Virus record (IMG/VR): IMGVR_UViG_3300038393_001290
Location: 1-55,802 of that record
Length of the DNA stretch: 55,802 nucleotides
Source of the DNA: a virus
Reading direction: 5' to 3' (one strand)
The notes beneath the pieces are model-generated. The model was not told the DNA's origin and ran no database searches. It saw only the letters and a program-made list of their open reading frames with translations. The position numbers and the translations under genes were made by a program. Below, one piece after another: positions 15,586 through 24,000 of this stretch; position 1 is the first letter of the stretch; the number at the start of each line of letters is the position of its first letter.

Positions 15586-17153
15586 TGGGCGGCTCCATCC
15601 ACCCCGCCGCCGCTCAGGCCCTCGCCGCAGCCGTGGCCCCCCGCCGCCGGGTCAACTTCGTCATGGTCTGGACGGGCACCAAGTACGGCCCGGAATATCC
15701 GGCGATCCTTCAGAATATGATCGCCCGCAATGCCTCCAATCTGGAGGAGGATTGCGCGTGGTGGGCCATCACCGACCGGCCGGACGAGCTGCCGGCGGGT
15801 GTCTATCCCATCGAGGCCGATCCGACGCTTCCGACGTGGTGGCAGAAGGTGCGGCTGTTCTCGCCAGACATGCCGTGGGACCGCGGCGACCGCTGTGTCT
15901 ACTTCGACCTCGACGTGGCGATCACCGGCCGCCTGGAAGACCTCATCGAGCGCAAGGGGATCATTCAGGACTGGCACTGGCCCATGCGGAACAGCTCCGT
16001 GATGGTCTGGGACCACGGCGAGCATGTCCGGATCTGGACCGACTTCGCGCACGACCTGATCGACCGTCCCGCGCCGGACGACATCAAGCCGCTTCTGCCG
16101 AAGGGCGAGGTCAACGCCGGGGATCAGCATTGGATTTCGGAGTGCGCGCCCGACTGGCCGGCGTTCCCCGCCGACTGGTTCCGCTCCTATCGCGACTGTC
16201 ACGCTTGGCCGCCGAACGAGTGCAAGGCGGTCATATTCCACGGCGCGGTCAAGCCGGATCAGGTGACGGACGGCTGGGTTCCGAATGTCTGGAAGGTCGG
16301 CGGCTTCACGTCCCTCCCCGAGTTCAAGGGCGTCAACACCTCCGAAGACGCCCGGCTCGAAAACGTCCGCATCAACTCCGCCCGCGACCTCGATTGGTTC
16401 ACCGGCTTCAAGGACGAAGGCCGAACCTGCGTCATCGCCTGCGGCGCACCTTCGATGAAGGACTACGTTCAGCAGCTCAAGCGCCACCGGGCCAAGGGCG
16501 ATCGCATCGTCTCCGTGAACAACGCCTGGCGCTTCCTGCATCAGCGCGGGATCACGCCCGACGTCAACGTGATGCTGGATGCCCGGCCGGAGAACGCCGC
16601 GTTCCTCGACGGCGCGCCGAAGTCCATGCGGCTGATGCTCGCCAGCCAGTGCCATCCGAGCGTGTTCGACAAGGCGCTCGAGCAGGGGCTTGAGGTCGTG
16701 GTTTGGCACAATGGCTGGGATACCGGGAACGACAAGCTGCGGGAAATCCTCGACCCGTGGTGGGATGGGCCGAACCAGAGGCCGTGCATCCTCGTGCCTG
16801 GCGGCTCGACGGTGGGCCTGCGGTCCCTGTGGCTGGCGACCTATAGCGGCTTCCGGACGATCCACCTCTACGGATGTGATTCCAGCTACGCCGACGACGG
16901 CACACACCACGCCTACGCCCAGCCGCTGAACGACCACGAAACTGTCCTTGACGTGGTGATGGGAGCGAAGCGCTACCGCTGCGCGCCGTGGATGGTCAGG
17001 CAGGCGTCGGAATTTCAGCAGAGCTGGAAAGACCTCCGCGAGTACGAGGAGGAGCCCGGCAAAACTGCGCCGGTCACGCTGCACGTCCACGGCCGCGGGC
17101 TCGTGCCCGACGTCGCCAAGCAGCTTCGGGCCGAGGAAAGGGGCGTGGCGTGA
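15585..17153 (+). CDS. Fusion protein: GT-A/DxD glycosyltransferase-like N-domain + MptE-like (DUF115, Maf-type) C-domain
   Basis: WWQKVRLFSPD and VYFDLDVAITG (DxD) in the N-terminal half. CVIACGAPSMKD...VNNAW...DARPEN...HLYGCDSSY in the C-terminal half resembles motility-accessory-factor glycosyltransferases. Confidence 0.6.
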   Translation: MGGSIHPAAAQALAAAVAPRRRVNFVMVWTGTKYGPEYPAILQNMIARNASNLEEDCAWWAITDRPDELPAGVYPIEADPTLPTWWQKVRLFSPDMPWDRGDRCVYFDLDVAITGRLEDLIERKGIIQDWHWPMRNSSVMVWDHGEHVRIWTDFAHDLIDRPAPDDIKPLLPKGEVNAGDQHWISECAPDWPAFPADWFRSYRDCHAWPPNECKAVIFHGAVKPDQVTDGWVPNVWKVGGFTSLPEFKGVNTSEDARLENVRINSARDLDWFTGFKDEGRTCVIACGAPSMKDYVQQLKRHRAKGDRIVSVNNAWRFLHQRGITPDVNVMLDARPENAAFLDGAPKSMRLMLASQCHPSVFDKALEQGLEVVVWHNGWDTGNDKLREILDPWWDGPNQRPCILVPGGSTVGLRSLWLATYSGFRTIHLYGCDSSYADDGTHHAYAQPLNDHETVLDVVMGAKRYRCAPWMVRQASEFQQSWKDLREYEEEPGKTAPVTLHVHGRGLVPDVAKQLRAEERGVA

Positions 17154-17326
17154 GCGAACCCCTGCGCATCCCCTACATCATGGCGGCCGAGATGGGATCG
17201 TTCGCGCTCGCCGCGATGCGCGACCAGATGAAAGAGACCGTCGAGCGCGAGACCGGACAGCCCCACGTCTGGCGAACCTGCATCAACATGGACGCGATCG
17301 AGCTTGTCCCCGAGGACGGCCAATGA
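17150..17326 (+). CDS. Hypothetical 58-aa protein (GTG start)
   Basis: GTGA overlap upstream, ATGA overlap downstream. Confidence 0.45.
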   Translation: MSEPLRIPYIMAAEMGSFALAAMRDQMKETVERETGQPHVWRTCINMDAIELVPEDGQ

Positions 17327-17979
17327 CCGCGCCCGTTCTCGCCTCATGGGATGGCTGGTGGTGGCCAGCCTCCGACGAACGCGCCCGCCCGGTCCTGACG
17401 CGGGAAGTCGGCCCGGCCGTGGAATGGCTGCTGAGCCACGTCCCGGGACGGGAGCTGATCGTCCAGGCTGGCGGAAACGTGGGGCTCTTCCCGCTAGCGC
17501 TGGCCGACCACTTCGCGACGGTTGTTACGGCCGAGCCTGATCCTGCCAACTTTCACTGCCTGATCAAGAATCTGTCCGAGCGGCCGACCCAAGCCGGCTT
17601 CGAAGCCCATTGCGTGGCGTTCAGTGACGGCCACGGCTGGGGCGACATCGTAGAGGCCGAGCCGGGCAACTGCGGCGCCCATCGGATGGCCTACCGGCCC
17701 GCAATGCAGCCGGGGCCGGTGCGCGTCTTGCCGATCGATGCGCTCCACCTCTCGGCATGTGACGCCATCTGGCTGGATTGCGAGGGCTCCGAGCTCTTCG
17801 CGCTCATCGGCGCGGCCGACACTATCGAGCGCTTCAGCCCCACAATCTGCATCGAGGACAAGGGCCATCACCGCTCGTTCGGCATCCCGGACGGCGAGCT
17901 TCAGCGCTGGCTCTCAGCGCATGGGTATTCCGAGGTGGCGCGCCTGGGCAACGACAAGGTCTATAGGAGATACGCGTGA
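17323..17979 (+). CDS. FkbM-family SAM-dependent methyltransferase
   Basis: IVQAGGNVGLFPLALADHFATVVTAEPDPANFHCLIKN fits the Methyltransf_21/FkbM pattern. Confidence 0.7.
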   Translation: MTAPVLASWDGWWWPASDERARPVLTREVGPAVEWLLSHVPGRELIVQAGGNVGLFPLALADHFATVVTAEPDPANFHCLIKNLSERPTQAGFEAHCVAFSDGHGWGDIVEAEPGNCGAHRMAYRPAMQPGPVRVLPIDALHLSACDAIWLDCEGSELFALIGAADTIERFSPTICIEDKGHHRSFGIPDGELQRWLSAHGYSEVARLGNDKVYRRYA

Positions 17980-18434
17980 GGTATTACCTCGACACCGAGT
18001 TCAACGGTTTCGGCGGCGAGCTGATCAGTCTCGCGCTAGTGCGGGAGGATGGTTACAGCCTCTACGTGATCTATCGGCTGCCGGATGAAATCGAGCCGTG
18101 GGTTGCGGAAAACGTCATCCCGATCCTACACGAAGACCGCTGCCTCAATATCGCGATGCAGATAAGCCCGCCGACCGGCGCTAGGTTCATCGCCGACTTC
18201 TTGGCGGGCGACCCCGACCCGGTGATCATCACCGATTGGCCGGATGACATCCGCTACTTCTGCCAAGCCGTGATCGTCGGCCCCGGCCAGATGGTCAACA
18301 TTCCCGGCCTCAAGTTCGAAATGCACCGCGTGGACGCCTACCCGACCACGCTACCCGGCGCTGTCCAGCACAACGCGTGGTGGGACGCCATGGCCCTCCG
18401 TCACCTCTTCCAAGCCCAGAAGGTCGCCGCATGA
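17976..18434 (+). CDS. DEDD-type 3'-5' exonuclease (Rv2179c-like)
   Basis: MRYYLDTEFNGFGGELISLALV (ExoI D-x-E motif at the extreme N-terminus), about 150 aa. Confidence 0.65.
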   Translation: MRYYLDTEFNGFGGELISLALVREDGYSLYVIYRLPDEIEPWVAENVIPILHEDRCLNIAMQISPPTGARFIADFLAGDPDPVIITDWPDDIRYFCQAVIVGPGQMVNIPGLKFEMHRVDAYPTTLPGAVQHNAWWDAMALRHLFQAQKVAA

Positions 18435-19009
18435 GCGAAACTCCAGACTTCATCGCACCGAAAGCCGGCGGCGAGCGCGACACCGCCATGCCCCGCTTCT
18501 ACGTCAAGCCCGTCAAGAACGAGTTCAAGTCGAACGAGAAGGGCCATCCGGTCTTCGAGGACCGGGAATATGTGGAGATCCACATTCCCGGCGACCGCGG
18601 CACGGTGACGGATCGGCAAGTCCGACCAGAGGACCGCGACCGCTGGCCGCGCGAGTACGCCGCGTTCAAGGCTGGCCAGGAAGCCCCGGTGGAGGGAACT
18701 CCGCTCACTGAATGGCCGGCGATCACCCGCAGCCAGGCGGAAGAGCTGAAGTTCGGTCGCGTCTACACCGTGGAGCAGCTCGCGGCTTTGCCCGACGACC
18801 TCCTGAACCGCACCGTCAGCATGGGCGGCTTCTCGCTCAGGGAGAAGGCCAAGCGCTTCCTTGAGGCCGCTCAAGGCAATGCGCCGATGGAAAAGCTGGC
18901 CGCTGAGAACGAGGAGCAGCGAGCGACAATCAACGCGCTGCAGGAGCAGATGAAGGCCCTCACCGAACAGATGGCCAAGCTCTCCGCCCAGCAGGAGCCC
19001 AAGGCCTGA
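18431..19009 (+). CDS. Hypothetical 192-aa phage protein with C-terminal coiled coil
   Basis: ATGA overlap; PRFYVKPVKNEFKSNEKGHPVFEDREYVEIHIPGD...; no function recognised. Confidence 0.65.
   Translation: MSETPDFIAPKAGGERDTAMPRFYVKPVKNEFKSNEKGHPVFEDREYVEIHIPGDRGTVTDRQVRPEDRDRWPREYAAFKAGQEAPVEGTPLTEWPAITRSQAEELKFGRVYTVEQLAALPDDLLNRTVSMGGFSLREKAKRFLEAAQGNAPMEKLAAENEEQRATINALQEQMKALTEQMAKLSAQQEPKA
18895..18930 (+). promoter_or_regulatory. Possible 11th late promoter-like element (inside a CDS)
   Basis: GCTGGCCG-CTGAGA-16 nt-GACAAT with the same spacing, about 80 nt upstream of ATG 19011; weaker match in both boxes. Confidence 0.3.
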
Positions 19010-19010
19010 A

Positions 19011-19376
19011 ATGCACCCTCACGAACGAGATGTTTTGCCGAAGATCGGGCCGCACTTCCTCTTGGGTTCCGATGGGGCTGTGCTGTTCAAGTTCGTGGTG
19101 GACGTGAACAACGTCCTGGGGCCGCGGATCGCGTCGGAGGCCGACAAGGCGACGCATCCGGAAGCGTGGGCGCGGTTTGAGCGGGAGCATGGCGCAGAGT
19201 TGATCGCCGCTGCGTCGGCGGTCGCCGCATCCACTGCCGATTTCCGCGAGTGGCAGCGGCAGGGCGTGTATGTGGCCGAGGAGCCCATCAGCCCGAGGAC
19301 GGAAGCTGTCCTGCAAAACCTTGAGGTGCAGGCGATCCCGGTCAAGCGCCGCGGCCGTCCCCCGAAGGCGGCCTAA
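19011..19376 (+). CDS. Hypothetical 121-aa protein with C-terminal KRRGRPPKAA (AT-hook-like)
   Basis: ORF with GC-rich third positions, 1 nt after the previous stop. Confidence 0.55.
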   Translation: MHPHERDVLPKIGPHFLLGSDGAVLFKFVVDVNNVLGPRIASEADKATHPEAWARFEREHGAELIAAASAVAASTADFREWQRQGVYVAEEPISPRTEAVLQNLEVQAIPVKRRGRPPKAA

Positions 19377-19379
19377 GCC

Positions 19380-20093
19380 GTGTCGGTCCTGTCCATCGTT
19401 CAGAGCGCTACCGATCGACTGTCGCTGACGCGGCCTTCCACGGTCGTCACCTCGACGGACCTTCAGGTGCGCCAGTTGTTCGGGCTATTGCTCGAAGCGG
19501 GCAACGCGCTCGCCAAGCGCGGCGACATCGGCTGGCAGTCGCTCCAGAACGAGTGGCAGTTCGTGACGGTCGCGAATGAGATCCAGACCAACACCCCGAT
19601 CCCGCCCGACCTCGCCAAGTTCGTCCCCGACAGCTTCTATAACCGCACGCAACAGCGGAAAATCATCGGGCCGCTCACCCCACAGCAGTACCAGGAGCAG
19701 AACGCCCGACCGCAGCTCGTGGCGCCCTATCTCGCCTATCGCGAGCGGGCCGGGGCGTTCCTGATGAACCCCGTTCCCTCGGCTGGGGACACCATCGCCT
19801 ATGAGTACGTGTCGTCCTACTGGGCCAAGTCCAGCGCGGGCGTGGCCAAGGCGCAATTCACCTCCGATGACGACGGGACCTATCTGGACGAGGAACTGCT
19901 GATCCTCGACCTGAAGTGGCGCTGGAAGCAGGCCAAGGGCTTCGATTATGGAGAAGACCTAGCCACAGCCGAGCGGGAGATCGTCAAGGCGCTGGCCGGC
20001 GACGGGGGCTCAACGGCGCTCGACATCGGCGGCCCGCGCACGCTTGAGGATTTGACCCGGTACAATGTCCCTGAGGGATCGTTCGGCGTCTGA
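19380..20093 (+). CDS. Virion structural protein (putative adaptor / tail tubular A-like)
   Basis: 237 aa, GTG start; role inferred from position before a large tail-like protein only. Confidence 0.5.
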   Translation: MSVLSIVQSATDRLSLTRPSTVVTSTDLQVRQLFGLLLEAGNALAKRGDIGWQSLQNEWQFVTVANEIQTNTPIPPDLAKFVPDSFYNRTQQRKIIGPLTPQQYQEQNARPQLVAPYLAYRERAGAFLMNPVPSAGDTIAYEYVSSYWAKSSAGVAKAQFTSDDDGTYLDEELLILDLKWRWKQAKGFDYGEDLATAEREIVKALAGDGGSTALDIGGPRTLEDLTRYNVPEGSFGV

Positions 20094-21739
20094 TGAGGCA
20101 AGCACTCCGTCAGAACCGCGCCCGCGCCCGAGTGGCCAACGCCGCGTCGATCCCGGCTCCGATCGGCGGCTGGGACACCGACAGCGCCTTGCCCGCAATG
20201 CCGAAACAGAACGCGCTCGTGCTCGACAACTGGATTCCCCGCGGGGGCTATATCCAGCTTCGGCGCGGGTTCGTGGAGCAAGTCTCCGGCACGGCCGATC
20301 CGGTGGAAACACTGGTGGCCTGGCGGGGCGCAGCATCGGGCGACAAGCTGTTCGCCTGTGCTGGGTCGAAGATTTACGATGTCACCACGGCCGGGGCCTT
20401 GGGCTCGGCGGGATATTCGTCGGCGGGTTCCGCTCGGTGGAACTACACGAATTTCGCCAATGACTCGGGCCGGTTTGCGATCCTCGTCAATGGCGCAAGC
20501 TCGCCATTAAAGTACAATGGAACGGCCTTCTCTACAACAAGCATCACTGGAACTTCGGGCGCTATTACGCTAACCTCTACGAACCTGAAGTACGTCATGG
20601 CGCATAAGGCCAGACTTCACTTCGCCGAGAAGGATGCGTTGCGGGTCTGGTTCCTCGACGTGAACGCCATTGCGGGGGCGGCGGGGCTTCTGGATCTCGG
20701 CCCGATCTTCACCAAGGGCGGCCATCTGGTCGGCCTTTGCCGGTTGACGCTGGATGGTGGTGTCGGACCGGATGACTTCGCTTGCTACCTGACCTCGGAA
20801 GGCCAGGTGGCGCTCTATCAGGGGATCGACCCTTCTGATGCCAACAACTGGTCTCTGGTCGGGGTCTACTCCCTCCCCAAGCCCATCGGGGATCGGTGCT
20901 TGCTGGAATACGGGGCCGACGTCCTGTTGCTCACCGAGGCGGGCGTTCTGTCCCTGACGCAGGCCCTGAAGCTCTCCGAGGACGAACAGCGGCAGAACTC
21001 GCTCTCGCGCTACGTGACCAACGCCTTCGCCGCGGCGGCCTCGAGCTACGGATCAAACGACGGCTGGCAGATGATCTCCTACTCCGGTCGTGGGGGCTTG
21101 CTCGTCGTCAACGTCCCGACCGCGGAGCTTTCCAGCTCGCAGCAGTACGTCCGATGCGGCGAGACCGGCCGTTGGTGCAGGTTCACCGGAATTGACGCGT
21201 TCTGCTGGGAAACGGCCAACGGGGCGATCTACTTCGGCTCGACCCTGGGCGTCTATCAGTGGGACAAGGGCGCGTCGGACAACTCGGAACCGATCGTCGC
21301 AGATGCCCTTCCGGCGTTTCAGGACTTCGGCAACCGGACCACGCTCAAGAACGCGAAGAACGTCCGCGCGCTGCTGTTCGCGCCGGCCATCGTTCGACCT
21401 GCTCTGGACGTGATGTCTGACTACGACAAGTCCACCGTCCCGACCGATATCCAGACCGTGGTCACGCCGGGGGACATCTCACCGGACGACGCCACCGTGA
21501 TCCGCCAGGATTGGACCGGGGCGTCTGGCATCGGGTACGTGCTCAGTCCTCGCCTCCGCGTCAGCCTGACGGGCTCCAACGACGTGGACCGGGTGGCGGT
21601 GACGGATGATCTCTCCGAGCTGCTGCTAGTGGGACCTGCGGGAACAGATCACATCCTGTCGCGCCCGAATCTTCCTCTCGACGTGGAAGTCCAGTGTGTC
21701 GGCTTCGACCTCACCTATGAGGCGGGGGCGTTGATTTGA
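20093..21739 (+). CDS. Virion structural protein (putative tail tubular B / nozzle-like)
   Basis: 548 aa, beta-rich; TGATG overlap with the upstream gene; role inferred from position and size. Confidence 0.5.
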   Translation: MRQALRQNRARARVANAASIPAPIGGWDTDSALPAMPKQNALVLDNWIPRGGYIQLRRGFVEQVSGTADPVETLVAWRGAASGDKLFACAGSKIYDVTTAGALGSAGYSSAGSARWNYTNFANDSGRFAILVNGASSPLKYNGTAFSTTSITGTSGAITLTSTNLKYVMAHKARLHFAEKDALRVWFLDVNAIAGAAGLLDLGPIFTKGGHLVGLCRLTLDGGVGPDDFACYLTSEGQVALYQGIDPSDANNWSLVGVYSLPKPIGDRCLLEYGADVLLLTEAGVLSLTQALKLSEDEQRQNSLSRYVTNAFAAAASSYGSNDGWQMISYSGRGGLLVVNVPTAELSSSQQYVRCGETGRWCRFTGIDAFCWETANGAIYFGSTLGVYQWDKGASDNSEPIVADALPAFQDFGNRTTLKNAKNVRALLFAPAIVRPALDVMSDYDKSTVPTDIQTVVTPGDISPDDATVIRQDWTGASGIGYVLSPRLRVSLTGSNDVDRVAVTDDLSELLLVGPAGTDHILSRPNLPLDVEVQCVGFDLTYEAGALI

Positions 21740-22215
21740 AGCTTCTCCACGGCCACGCGGATGAGGTGGCGGCCTGGGTAGGCTGGCGCATTCCATTGAT
21801 CCGGAAGCGGCTGGAGAGAGACCCGAATTGCAAGCCGTTCGGGCCTTGCTATGCGATCGGTGTCCTTGACCAGAACAACACGCTAATCGCGGGCGTCGTG
21901 TATCACGCCTGGGCACCTGATTTCCAAAGTGTGGAGCTAAGCTTCGCCGCCGATACGCCGCGCTGGCTGACACGCAACTTAATCTGCGAGCTGCTCGCCT
22001 ATCCGTTTGAGACCCTGGGGTGCAACCGGATCAACGCCTACACCCCGAAGAAGAACCGAGAGGCGAGGGGCTTCATCGACAAATTCGGCTTTCGTCGCGA
22101 GGGCTGCGCGACAGATGGCTTCGGCCCCTGCGAGGACGCAATAATTTCCCGTCTGCTCAAGCGAGAGTGGCTGCAGACGAAGTGGGCCAAACCTTTCGGC
22201 TCGGCCCACCCTTAA
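21736..22215 (+). CDS. GNAT-family N-acetyltransferase (TTG start overlapping the upstream stop)
   Basis: RINAYTPKKNREARGFIDKFGFRREG is the acetyl-CoA-binding (motif A) region pattern. Confidence 0.65.
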   Translation: MKLLHGHADEVAAWVGWRIPLIRKRLERDPNCKPFGPCYAIGVLDQNNTLIAGVVYHAWAPDFQSVELSFAADTPRWLTRNLICELLAYPFETLGCNRINAYTPKKNREARGFIDKFGFRREGCATDGFGPCEDAIISRLLKREWLQTKWAKPFGSAHP

Positions 22216-22284
22216 CTGCGGCGCCCAGCCTCGCCGGACCTCGCCCAACCTTGCGTGGCCTAGCCACACCACGCCTGCCACGAT

Positions 22285-22458
22285 TTAGGGTTTCCCCTGG
22301 GCGTCAACAGACCCCTGTAGCCCACGATCCACGAGCCGCCTGATGGCCTCCGCTCGCGGCGGAATATCCGGCTGCTGCCGTCGCCATTCGTCGACTCGCG
22401 CCAGCCATTCCTTGCTGGCGCGCATCTCGAACCGCTCTGAGAGTTGATCGTCGGTCAC
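22285..22458 (-). CDS. Ribbon-helix-helix (CopG/Arc-like) DNA-binding protein, 57 aa, GTG start
   Basis: ERFEMRASKEWLARVDEWRRQQPDIPPRAEAIRRLVDRGL. The beta-strand lies upstream of the first ATG, so GTG 22458 is preferred; it sits 6 nt after a TACGTA -10-like hexamer. Confidence 0.65.
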   Translation of the reverse strand: MTDDQLSERFEMRASKEWLARVDEWRRQQPDIPPRAEAIRRLVDRGLQGSVDAQGKP

Positions 22459-22463
22459 GGAAC

Positions 22464-22511
22464 TTACGTACACGCTTGACGGCCCGCAATCAAGTGCCGT
22501 ACTGTACGTAA
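22464..22511. promoter_or_regulatory. Operator/promoter region with perfect 9-bp inverted repeats and face-to-face promoters
   Basis: TTACGTACA (22464-72) / TGTACGTAA (22503-11); inner CTTGA/TCAAG pair. Plus strand: TTGACG-18-TACTGT. Minus strand: TTGATT-17-TACGTA. Confidence 0.55.
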
Positions 22512-22578
22512 CAGCCGGACAGGGAGCCACTAACTCCCCATCCGGCCTAACCTGAAGCACGATCCCAAGGAGATCGAG

Positions 22579-22887
22579 ATGTCCCAGGCTGCTGAGCAGT
22601 CTATCGTGTTGCGCTTCCCAACGGAACGGCAGTTGCCCGTCCGGCAAGGCAAGCGCCCCGAAACCCTCCCCGCGAACGTAGAGCGCATTCGCCCGGCCAT
22701 CCCGGTCCCGGAGCCCCTGGCCCGCTCGCCGGAGCTGGCCATCGTCCTCGCGGTGATCGCCGCTCTCCCCGCCGCCACCCAGCGGCGCATCGGCATGAAG
22801 CTTCCGGCGCATTGCTGGGACAAGCCCGGCGACGAAAACCTGCTGCGGGCCTTCCTCTATGTCGGGAGGCCGCTGCTCAATGGCTAG
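22579..22887 (+). CDS. Hypothetical 102-aa protein
   Basis: Strong SD AAGGAG 6 nt upstream of the ATG; one hydrophobic segment (LAIVLAVIAALPAA). Confidence 0.65.
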   Translation: MSQAAEQSIVLRFPTERQLPVRQGKRPETLPANVERIRPAIPVPEPLARSPELAIVLAVIAALPAATQRRIGMKLPAHCWDKPGDENLLRAFLYVGRPLLNG

Positions 22888-23518
22888 CTCCTCGACGGCG
22901 ATCCAGCTTCCGCCGCTCGCGCTGGAGACGGTCGAAATCCCGCTGATCGGGACCTCGCCGCTCATCGTTCACGCCTGGAGCGAGAAGGCGCTTCGGGCGA
23001 TGGCCGACAAACAACAGAAGAAGGCCAGCAAGGGCAGGGAGGCGAAGAACCCCTTCGAGGACTTCACCGGTTCGCTCTACTGGCTCTCTGAGAAGCCCGA
23101 CGAGGTGACAGAGGCGGACATCGATACGGCCCGGTTCGGGTTCCCGGCCATCGCGTTCAAGGCCGCCGCCGTGACCGCTTGCACCTCGACCGGCGCCATC
23201 ACGAAGGTCGCGGCTCGTCAGGCCTTCCACGTCGAAGGCGAGATGGTGGAGATCGTGGGGCCACCCCCGGCCATGCGCGAGGATGTCTGCCGCGTCGGCA
23301 TGGGCGTGGCGGACCTCCGCTATCGCGGCCAGTTCGAACCGTGGGGCGCGCGGGTGCGGGTCCAGATAAACACAGCCGTCATCTCGGCCGAGCAGGTGGT
23401 GAACCTCTTCAACCTCGCCGGTTTCGCGGTCGGAGTGGGCGAGTGGCGACCGGAGCGTGATGGCGGCTATGGCCGCTTCCGCGTGGCGTCGGCCGGTGAG
23501 CTGGAGGCTCTGGTATGA
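22880..23518 (+). CDS. Hypothetical 212-aa conserved-looking phage protein
   Basis: 8-nt overlap with the upstream gene; FGFPAIAFKAAAV...GVGEWRPERDGGYGRFRV; family not recognised. Confidence 0.65.
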   Translation: MASSSTAIQLPPLALETVEIPLIGTSPLIVHAWSEKALRAMADKQQKKASKGREAKNPFEDFTGSLYWLSEKPDEVTEADIDTARFGFPAIAFKAAAVTACTSTGAITKVAARQAFHVEGEMVEIVGPPPAMREDVCRVGMGVADLRYRGQFEPWGARVRVQINTAVISAEQVVNLFNLAGFAVGVGEWRPERDGGYGRFRVASAGELEALV

Positions 23519-24000
23519 GGCGCGTCATCTACGGCTGGCGCGCCGGGAGCCAGATCAGCATCGACGCGCAGACGGCCGGCGAGGCGCTGGCGCGGATCGA
23601 GAAGAGCCACAACGGTCTGTTGGAGCCGGAAATGGTGGTGGACGCGGCGCGCGATGAAGCCTCGCCACTGCACCCGCACTTCGAATGGGACGATGCGGCC
23701 GCGGCGGAAGAATTCCGGAAGGATCAAGCCCGCGAGCTGGTGCGCGCCCTGACCGTGGACATCTCGCGCTCCAATCTGGAGCAGAAGACCGTCCGCGCGT
23801 TCGTCAACGTGGAAACCGGCGGCGAACGGGGATACCTTTCAACCTTCACCGCAATGTCCTCCGAGCAGCTTCGTAAGCAGGTGCTCGAGCGGGCCTTCGC
23901 GGAACTGGAGGCGTGGCGCGCCCGCCATGCGGAGTTGTCGGAGTTGGCCCGCATCTTCGCGGCCATTGACGAGACTCGTCCCGCCATCAAAGGGGACTAA
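23515..24000 (+). CDS. Hypothetical 161-aa protein
   Basis: ATGA overlap; SPLHPHFEWDDAAAAEEFRKDQARELVR pattern seen in many prophages; function unknown. Confidence 0.65.
   Translation: MRRVIYGWRAGSQISIDAQTAGEALARIEKSHNGLLEPEMVVDAARDEASPLHPHFEWDDAAAAEEFRKDQARELVRALTVDISRSNLEQKTVRAFVNVETGGERGYLSTFTAMSSEQLRKQVLERAFAELEAWRARHAELSELARIFAAIDETRPAIKGD

Noticed and set aside
15507-17090. 527-aa minus-strand ORF
   Set aside because: It is antisense to the GT-DUF115 gene, which has clear motifs. The translation is Arg/Pro/Gly-rich junk.
21736-22458. Canonical GNAT/RHH toxin-antitoxin module
   Set aside because: The genes are convergent rather than co-transcribed with the antitoxin first. The GNAT is translationally coupled to a tail gene, and the RHH gene is paired by its operator with the divergent cassette instead.
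23079-23092. CTGAGAAG occurrences inside coding sequence (here and at 42467-42474)
   Set aside because: There is no conserved upstream GCGC.C.. box and no yAnnnT hexamer at the fixed 14-nt distance. The second occurrence is on the wrong strand for its operon.
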